Positions 55,091 to 64,000 of a stretch of DNA of 64,000 nucleotides are shown piece after piece. This stretch comes from Hormiphora californensis (taxonomy: Eukaryota; Animalia; Ctenophora), in contig CM035354.1 of the NCBI GenBank assembly GCA_020137815.1, positions 1,798,001 to 1,862,000 on the forward strand, read 5' to 3'. A model generated the notes under the pieces. It was given only the letters and a program-made list of their open reading frames with translations, did no database searches and was not told the origin of the DNA. The position numbers and the translations under genes were made by a program. The stretch's first letter is position 1. Every line of letters begins with the position of its first letter.

Positions 55091-58000
55091 ATGTCTAACA
55101 AAGCCAGTGGCTCTGGAATAACAAGGAGCAAACGTCATTTCCCTAACAAGGAACCCAACAACTTATCAGAGGTGAGATTGAAAGTTGTTTACTTTACACA
55201 AACATCCTAAGTAGTTTCAAGCTCTCGCTGATCTCCAAATATTTGTTAGATACGCCCAGATTCAGGCAGCGAAGAGGATTCTTCAAACATAGTCGATGGG
55301 CTTGTGGAAATAGGTAAACTTATCACTGATAACCCCGGATTAAAGAACGATCTTGAATGCTACTTCAAAGAGACCAAGAAAAAAGGACGACGCCCATCAC
55401 GTATGTCAAATGCTTTGTTACTTATCCATTGAATATACTCGTGTTTAAACAACTTTTACAGATATCTATTAACTACGTCAGACCCTTTGTTTTAAAACAT
55501 TTTCTCGACTATTGTAATAACATAAGGGTGAGCGGTAAAATATCATAACTTCTTAAGGACCATTACAATCGTTTCTCAGGTAAGAAAAAGCGTGAGAAGG
55601 CCCGAGAAGTGAAAGAGGAGTCGAAGTTTGAGGAACGGCTAGAGCACCTTATTCAATCTTATCTCACCGAAAAGAGTCGCACCGCACCTGACATTGACGT
55701 GAGTAGAATTACAGTTTTTAGATAAAGTCTCCTATTTGATAGAGAGAAGACTCCTCTGTAAGTCTCTTATTTAAGAGAGATAAGACAGTTCTCTATTACT
55801 GCCCACCCCCATCTAAGCTAGGGAGATATGTACTATGACATTCTTTAACCACCCCCTCCTATTCAGGGAGATGAGTTGTTACAAGGATTCAAGAGTACGT
55901 TTACCGCTATAGGGGATTCTAACAACGCCACCGTCACACAAGAGTCGCCAATGGAAATAGACAGTGGAGAAGAAGATGAAGTCACATTCATCCCAACCCC
56001 ATCATCATCTACCACAAACACAACTCCCCCAAAGTTTGCTCCTTTCCCAAACAACCCTCCAATAAACCCATACACACGCCCCCAACAACAGCAGGCAATA
56101 TACCCACCCCGACTCCCAACAACTACAGCACCAATACGGAGCAGACCGCCACCATCGCCACCGGTCTGTTACCCCATCTCACCCGCTGCTGCAGTAGCCC
56201 CACCTAACCGACCCAGGGGTCCGCCTCCTCAACATTTGTTTGGGGAGATCAGGCACCAAGTTCGTCGACCACCCTTCCCAACAAACCAGCTACCGAAACA
56301 GTTCCGGCGACACCCCCCTCCCGGGCCTCCCTCACTCCCTCCTCCACCTCACATACTAACGGTACAGCAGCAACAATTCAACAATACCAGACCACCTCCC
56401 CCACCTCCCCCCGGCCCATCTTGGGATGTTCCTCCTCGTGTCCCTTACCACCCGGCAATGATAGAGGCTGATCTGAGGCACATTCCCCTACCGTCATCCC
56501 CTGTACATCCCGTCCCTGCTGCAGTAGTTCCAGAGGGAGGAGAGGCGGAGATGGAGATAGATGATGATGATGATGAGACCCATTCCATGATAACCATCCC
56601 TGAATCGGAGGTTAGTGTTTGTTTGAACCTCTCTTATTTGTACACAGATTGTTATTATATATTCTAACAGTTTATATATTCTAACAGTTTAGGCAGAAGT
56701 TTTGGTGTTTGTGTTGGTTCGTGAATTATTGGTAGGACTTACTTGAACCAAAACCAAACACGTTTGGTGGATTTCCCGGGGCAACAGAACGTGAAAATAT
56801 TTTATATCGAAAATAAATGATATGGAGACGCCCGGGGGCCGGGGTGCTGTCAAGTCCACTGTTCATATGAATGGCTACAGTTTGGAAAACTCAGGTGTTT
56901 TATGCAACGAGACAACTTTAAATTGTTTTCTTTCATTAAGAAGTGATTGGACAGTTTGTAAATAGTGGACTTGACAGCACCCCGGCCCCCGGGCGTCTCC
57001 ATATCATTTATTTTCGATATAAAATATTTTCACGTTCTGTTGCCCCGGGAAATCCACCAAACGTGTTTGGTTTTGGTTCAAGTATCATGTGTTTTGGTTT
57101 TACCACAGATTCATTTCTCGACCAAATTGAGCCGGCCTGAAGTTTATCTAAAATCGGTAGACACTCGCGATATACACATACATATATTGAAAATCGTCCT
57201 AAATTTTACGACCGTCTTGTTATGATTGACCAATTTACACCATCTCGCTTTAAAACACGGCCAAGCGCTAGCACTAAAAGATGTTTTTGGAATTGTGCAG
57301 TTACTATTTACCGTTTTTGAGAAATTGTGTTTCTTAGAAATCGTCTTAATTATTTAAGACCGTCATAACTCTTGTTATAATAGACCAATTTACACCATCT
57401 CGCTTTAAAAAACGGTCAAGCATTAGCACTAAAAGATGTCTTTGGAATTGTGCAGTTACTGTTTACCGTTTTTGAGAAATCGTGTTTCTTAGAAATCGTC
57501 TTAATTATTTAAGACCGTCATAACTCTTGTTATAATAGACCACTTTGCGCCATCTCGCTTTAAAACACGGCCAAGCACTAGCACTAAAAGATGTTTTTGG
57601 AATTGTGCAGTTACTGTTTACCGTTTTTGAGAAATCGTGTTTCTTAGAAATCGTCTTAATTATTTAAAGTGAGAGTGGACCGAATCAGAATTGGACAAGT
57701 TTGTTGTAGGTAGTATAGATTATCTTTCTGAGCATTTTGCAGTTTTAGCCGCTCAAAATCGACCCACCCATCACTGAGATATTTTTGTTATGTTGGGAGA
57801 ACTCCTGTTTAATCAGTATGTATAAAACAGAATAGAAACAATCGTGGTGTTTTACTAACACATTCTGAATATATGCAGTGAGGTTGACATGTCCATGCAC
57901 AGAAGCAGGGCAATGCAAGCCAGCATATTAAGAATTTAAAGAATGTGTTAGTAAAACACAAGGATTGTTTCTATCCTGTTTGATAAATACTGATCCAGCA

Positions 58001-61000
58001 GGAATTCTCCCAACATAACAAAAATATCTCAGTGATGGGTGGGTCGATTTAGAGCGGCAAAAAGGCAAAATGTTCAGAGAGCTATTCTCTACTACCTACA
58101 ACAAACTTGTCCAATTCTGATCCGGTCCACTCTCACTTTAAGACCGTCATAACTCTTGTTATAATAGACCAATTTATACCATTTCGCTTTAAAACACGGC
58201 CAAGCACTAGCACTAAAAGATGTTTTTGGAATTGTGCAGCTACTGTTTACCGTTTTTGAGAAATCGTGTTTCTAAGATTGACGCAAAAATCAGTATCTAT
58301 CTATCTATCGATCTATCGACCTATATATCTTAATTGTGCGAAATTTGAGCCCTTCATAACTTGTGAAGTACAAACGCTAGGAACGTGAAATTTTTACACA
58401 AGAAAGTTCCCTAGTTGGCAACTCTTAATACAAAATTTGAGCTGGATTGGAATAATGGAAGTATGTTTTTTAGCCGCTTGAAAAGGGCCTATCTGTAAAA
58501 TAAGTATATAAGCGCTGGCCCGTAAAGGGGCGTTGACAGCCAGTTCCCCTCTCTGCTGTGGGTGTCAGGTTACACTGTACTACTCCTGCATACTACTGCT
58601 GCAGTAATGGCACTACTTTCACCACAATTGTGTTTCTTGGCCTGGGGTTGGCCCCGGGGCGCTTGCCAGCGCTGTGATGAGAAAGGCTGCTTCTTCTTAT
58701 TTTGTAATCTCTACAATGTTCTGGGCTGACACTATCAATCAATGATTATTTAATGCTGTTGGGACCCTGCGTCATAGTCACAATAGCACACATGTTAAAA
58801 GATGTGTTGTTTAGTCTAAAGAATTTTATGTTTGATTAACGCGACGGCCGACGCTAGTTCTGGTCGAATCGTTACGTGTCATCTCCGCCTTTCAACTTGT
58901 TTTGTTCAAAGGAAGGAGGGTCGAACAAGGCAACTTTCAACAATAGTGGCCATGAATCAGGGTGAGATCATCTGGGGTATCATGTTTCAGGCTTGGTGTA
59001 AACATTCCTAGTGTTGAGATAATTCCTAGTGTAAATTTGTAATTTGAAACTCTAATTAGATCTGCTATAACTGCAGGGGGACCTCATTAGAGTATTGCCC
59101 TTTGTTATGCCAATGAGTATGGGAGGAGGGAGGGTGACTTTTTTAGACTGTCTTTAAATGTGACCTCCCTTTTGCTTAAACAACGAACAGGGCAAGAAGT
59201 GGGTAGGCGGCAGTCAATGGAAAATATGGAGTAGGGGGTAGGCAGTGTAGAGGGTTTCATGATTTAACTGCCTCTCACACTTTCTCTCCTGCACAGGATA
59301 CAGGAAGTTATGCAGAGGATAGTATCCCCTCTGAAGACGACCTAGAGAGTATCTCTTCCTCTGACGACAGTGGATCAAACCATACCCCCTCCCCACCAGC
59401 ACGATCTAGAACATCAAACCACACTCCCTCCCCACCAACAACATCACGGTCTAAAGGAACATCAAACCACTCTCCATCTCCATTGCGGTCTAAAGCATCA
59501 AACCATTCTCCGTCATTATCATCACGAGCTGTCTCAAACCCCCGAAAGACATTTCCAGAACCTGTAGCAATGAAGTCAACCACCGATAAAACCACTCGTA
59601 AACCAGTGAAAACCACTCCATCGTTATTGAAAACTATCATGTGTTCTCCGCCTAAACCACCTCAACCACTCAAACCGTCACCAACAACTTCAAATCTACA
59701 CTCAGCGTCAAATCTACAAATAACGATAACCACTCAACTACCCAATGGGACACCCCCGGACACATCAGGTACATACGATTAAATTACTCCGTGTTTTAGG
59801 TTGGATAATGACTGGTTAGTGGTTTGTGAGAACCGAGACATTTATCTGAGAAGTTGTTAACCTCTCTTTTCTTTCCGTTAGGACCTGCAGAAGGGTCATC
59901 TCACGATGGAAAAGAAGAGGGAGAACTAGATGGTTCAGACTCGTCAGATCAACTAGAAACAGGGGAGGTAGCAGCTCTTAGATCCATGCTACTGAATAGT
60001 ATCCGGAAAAAGAAAGATAACGTTCCATCACCACCCCATCCTGACCCTGTTATCCCTCCCCCTGTAGAGCACCCATTGGAGCAGCTAGGTAAATAAGTTG
60101 TGTAGCTCTCCCTGTATTTTGAGGGTAAATGGAGGTCTTATATCCAGGAAGTCAGCCGAGAAAGAATGAAAAGAGGGAGGGAGAGCCGAGAGAGATTAGA
60201 GAACTGTGGATTCGCTCCGATACAACATAACTTTGTCCTTTTGCGCGGGCGCGGTCAACGAATTGCAGACCTCCTCGCGCGTTTGTGTATCACTAAGTCA
60301 CGTACACTCACTTTTTAGAGTTTTTCAGGTTAATTTGATAACTTGATAATAGTTGTTGTGACTACAAATATTATTTACTCACAAAAATTCCTTACAGCAG
60401 CTCCAGTATCTCCTGTTCGACAAAGTAAACGAATTAAAACCAGTGGCACTAGCTTCTCCCCGGGAGAAACAGGGTCGAGCAAGGGAACCTTCTCGATCGA
60501 GGAAGTGGCGGAGATAGTTGGAGATCTGCCAGTTGTCGATGAGGAGGCCTTTAAACGGTTTTATGTTAGCCGCAAACAGCAGAAGAAGGCTAGGCAACGT
60601 GCCAGGAGCTTCAAATGTGATCCGTGAGTTAAATTGAAATAACGATACTTTTTTGTCCAAAATATTTCACCCAGGGATTTATTGTAATTGTTTCTCCAGG
60701 TTGGATCTGCTAAAGGAAGAACTGTGCTTTGATCCCCTCGAGAGACAATGGTCTACCGTCAGTAGCTACAACACCGCAGCAGTCACACCGGGTTTCTCCT
60801 GGAAACGTCTAGCTAGATACCTCAAACACGCCGAATCTTTGTCATCACGGTTCAAACAAACCTTCACTGAGACCCACAATGGAACATCATCGTTCGATCA
60901 ATTGTTTCCAAGTGTTCCTGAGAAGAATACGGTAGGAGAGGTGGTAGTAGTAGAGAAGCAAGTTGAACCTCAGGTTGTGGAAGTGAAGTCAGGAAAGAAA

Positions 61001-63617
61001 GTGGATGGAAGGGATAGAAAGATATCGATGGGAACTGAAGACCTCAACGACATGAGAGATATTCTACTGCAGTCGATGATCAAGAAAGACGCTGCAGAGA
61101 AACTAAAACTTCCAGTGGTTAAGTTCTCACCTGCTGTATCCCCAGTCCCTAGTCCACCACCTCCCCCTGTTGAGGCTCCTGTAGAGCAGCCAGCAGCTGC
61201 TGTAGCAGTGAAACAAGTTGCCAAGCCCCAAGTTGTGTTGAAAAGTGGTAGAGGAACCATTAAACCAGTTAATCTTAAACCAAAAATTGTTATCAAATGT
61301 CCAAGCTTACCTTCGACTTCAAAAGTTTCCGTACAGCCAAAAGAGGATTCATCATTACCTAAACAGATCTCAGTCTCTAGCAGTGAGAATTCAGAGATTG
61401 AGCAGCAAAAGCATACCATTCGTATTACTAACAATAAAACAACGCCACCCGCTCCTATCAACCAACTCCGAGCTACACTAAACTCAGTGAGACAGACAAC
61501 TCCACCAACTAAACCCCAAGTTGTATTCAAGAAAACTCGGCAATCTTCTCCCGCCCCCACAATGATAGCCGGCCTGCCCGTACACGAGAGTCTTATGCCC
61601 CGGAACCTCCTGACCCTCACTCCCGAGGCTATCAAGGCCCAACGAGAGGAAACCAGGAAGATAATCAAGCTACTAATGGTGGACAAAGATTTAAAAGTGA
61701 AAGATCCAGGAAAATCGGAAATATCAACCGAGAAGAGAGACGAAATTGTGAAGAGATTTGAGCCGAAAATTCGACCTGTTGTAATTCAGCTGACTGGTTC
61801 AGACAGTGAGGAAGGGGAGGATGGGGAGGAAGGGGGTGATGAAAAGTTACCTTTTACCCCGGTGAAAGGAGACGATGCTAGTAGGTGGAGTGCAGAACGA
61901 GCCAAACTCGCCCTACAGGTTGGTCCAACACCTTTTTTTTGATGTCACTTTTCATTGATTATGCCGGGATTATACCTCTCCCCCATATTTTATCTCGTCC
62001 CTAACACTCTCACCCCTAACACCTCTCTCAGATTGTGAAGCTTGAACAGCGGCTAGTGTCTTATACCCTGGAGAAGAGCACCCAGAACAAGGAGCTGGCG
62101 GGACACCTTGGCAAGCTGAAAAACCTTGAGGTTCAGGTGGAGAGAGCCAAGGCCCTGGTGGACAAGGGAAATAATCTGATACAGTATCTGGAGGAAAAGA
62201 GGGCGGGATGCTTGTCTGAGCTAAGGGAAAAGAATAGGGTGGTTGCTGATCTAACTAAACGAATTGAAGAACCTGATAAGTGGAGAGATGAACAGTTTGC
62301 TAAAGCTGCCCTTGAGAGGTAATATAATGTCATCCGATTGATTCCAGTGATACAGAGTCGTAATTTCGCGAAAACCGCTGCAGCTACAAACCAGCAACTA
62401 CAAATATCACCTTCATCCTCTACCTACCCCCTACAGTCCCCCCCCCCCCCCTGGTGCCCCGATCCTCTCTTTGATTTGAATCCCGAGTTCTAACTCCCTA
62501 ATTTCTGTTATAGTGGTCTGGGAGATGAAGAGAAACCGGGTAGCTCCGGTCTACAAATCACAGCTGATGATGATGATGAGGGTGATATGGAGCCAGGAGA
62601 GATAGGATCGGATGAAAGTGGGGAAGGTAGAAGCACTCCAGTTTTACCAAGTGTTCCTACACGGGATTCCAGGTACTATTTTTATCAATTACGATCATCA
62701 TTTTTCATGTTGTTAATTAATTAATTAGCCAATTAAACACCACTTATAATCTCCTGCAGTGAGGAATTGCAAGATGCAATGAACAGCGTGGAAGAGCTTC
62801 TAAAATCATGTCTCGCTACCCTGAAGCTACCCTCATGGCCAAGAGAGAAGTTATCCATAAAACCAATTGTTGAGTTTACCCCTCGTGCACCTGAAAGGAT
62901 CAGAGAGAAAGGAAAAGGAGATAGAGTATCGGCTCTTTATACCAGCCCTCTCACCTTCTTCCGGTCATACAGGTATGTATTCTTGGTAGAAGACTTTCTT
63001 TCTGAATCAGTATTATTTAGCTGAAAACTATTTTTTATTCTCCCCTCAGGTTTAGCCCCTATTACAGGAGTAAGGCACAGTTGGCTCTCACCAGCGCTAC
63101 CTACTCCCATAAGATCCGTCCTGATATACCATTATGTCCCCATGATCTACACGGCAAGTGCCTGGATCGAACCTGTCAAAGGTAAACAGCTGACGTCATT
63201 GTATATGACGTCATTGTATATGACGTCACTCTGAAGCTGACGTCATTGTATATGACGTCACTCTGAAGTAGCTAAAACACTTGCATAACGTTTTTAAGTA
63301 TCTATTTAAATCCTTCCTTCCATACACACCAGGCAACATCTTTCTACGGTGACTAGTGTCTCGGGAGCAGAGTTGCGGACACAACTGTGTGTCAGTGCGG
63401 GGCTGAAAGTCTCCACTATTAGTAAATTTGAGCAGCTTCATAGAAACCTTCAGGACTCTGAGCTAAACCTGCTTTTCTGTGGTCATCTCAACAAGATGAG
63501 GAAGGAACGAAGTTAGTAATTGAGTAGATAGTCTGGTTGTAAATTCTAGGTGTAGCTCACAATGCATTTTATTTTATAAAATAACGCATGTGAGGGTTCG
63601 GCAGAGCAACTATCCTC

Positions 63618-63648
<31 letters not shown>

Positions 63649-63950
63649 CGTTAGAACATGTACTATTATAGGTACAGAGAGCGAGAGTGTGTTAGAACAT
63701 GTACTATTATAGGTACAGAGAGCGAGAGTGCATTAGAACATGTACTATTATAGGTACAGAGTCTGAACAATTAAACATTTTTACATCATGTCATTTTATG
63801 ATGACTATCCTTCAGAGAAAGATTTCTACTTTGTAAATACGACCCATGTTCCTCCGGTCCTACATATAAAGAGAAAGGATGCCCTGCCGACCAGAGAGAA
63901 ACTGTCCGCTTACCTAGAGACGTCCTCCTCTCAAACCCACCACTATAACA
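55091..63950 (+). CDS. ZFC3H1: ZFC3H1-like (PAXT subunit), multi-exon, continues beyond the window; linkage of the 5' exons is inferred
   Basis: YTSPLTFFRSYR|FSPYYR..SATYSHKIRPDIPLCPHDLHGKCLD (62939-63180); Pro-rich region, EEGEL, LRSMLLNS and coiled-coil exons upstream. Confidence 0.75.
56742..57082. mobile_element. TA-flanked MITE with ~120-bp TIRs
   Basis: TA|CTTGAACCAAAACC ... GGTTTTGGTTCAAG|TA; arms 56742-56860 and 56964-57082. Confidence 0.8.
57228..58273. repeat. 155-bp tandem repeat (~4 units) interrupted by a MITE
   Basis: gaccaatttacaccatctcgc-type starts at 57228, 57383 and 57538; array resumes after 58141. Confidence 0.88.
57668..58137. mobile_element. TTAA-TSD MITE, Kolobok-like
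   Basis: TTAA|AGTGAGAGTGGACC ... GGTCCACTCTCACT|TTAA; ~200-bp arms; neighbouring repeat units show the empty single TTAA site. Confidence 0.92.
58296..58857 (+). mobile_element. Possible non-autonomous Helitron-like element
   Basis: A|TCTATCTAT start and a GC-rich quasi-palindrome plus CTAG|T end; no second copy in the window. Confidence 0.35.
63191..63266. repeat. TGACGTCA-containing intronic minisatellite
   Basis: tgacgtcattgtata units. Confidence 0.8.
63640..63760. repeat. ~40-bp tandem repeat x3 after an (AG)n run
   Basis: gagagtgcgttagaacatgtactattataggtacagagagc repeated. Confidence 0.85.
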
Positions 63951-64000
63951 AGTAAGGGTTCACTATAATGTGACACAGCTGAATAATAATATTTTGAACG

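Overview
This is eukaryotic nuclear DNA from a compact, gene-dense animal genome. The MITE families and the leader-like motif resemble what I recall for the ctenophore Pleurobrachia; that assignment is inference. About 22 host genes fall into four single-strand blocks: (-) SNRNP40 and two DRAM/TMEM150 genes; (+) GOLT1, a SCaMC/SLC25A24-type carrier and an orphan; (-) a 24-kb run of 12 genes (TAF5L-like, HPS4-like, CHST, short CTC1-like, MLH3, PYCR, LST8-like, PIGX, Ig-like, HIBCH x3); (+) SRP14, UCK, ARPC2 and ZFC3H1. Most have a splice acceptor 1-11 nt before the ATG, as expected for spliced-leader (SL) trans-splicing and operon-like transcription. The most striking signal is three genomic copies of a 39-46 nt SL-like sequence ending in TTGAG, none followed by a GT donor. 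Two cap ORF1-only (RT-less) LINE-like retroposons; one of these has a clean target-site duplication (TSD) and has inserted a truncated copy into itself. The third is fused directly to a hammerhead ribozyme core. The window also holds an intact CRE-type RLE retrotransposon ORF with a PHD finger, many MITEs (TTAA/Kolobok-like, TA/Tc1-mariner-like, hAT-like), an intronic minimal hammerhead, and introns built from tandem copies of their own splice sites. Several single-base frameshifts are probably assembly errors.
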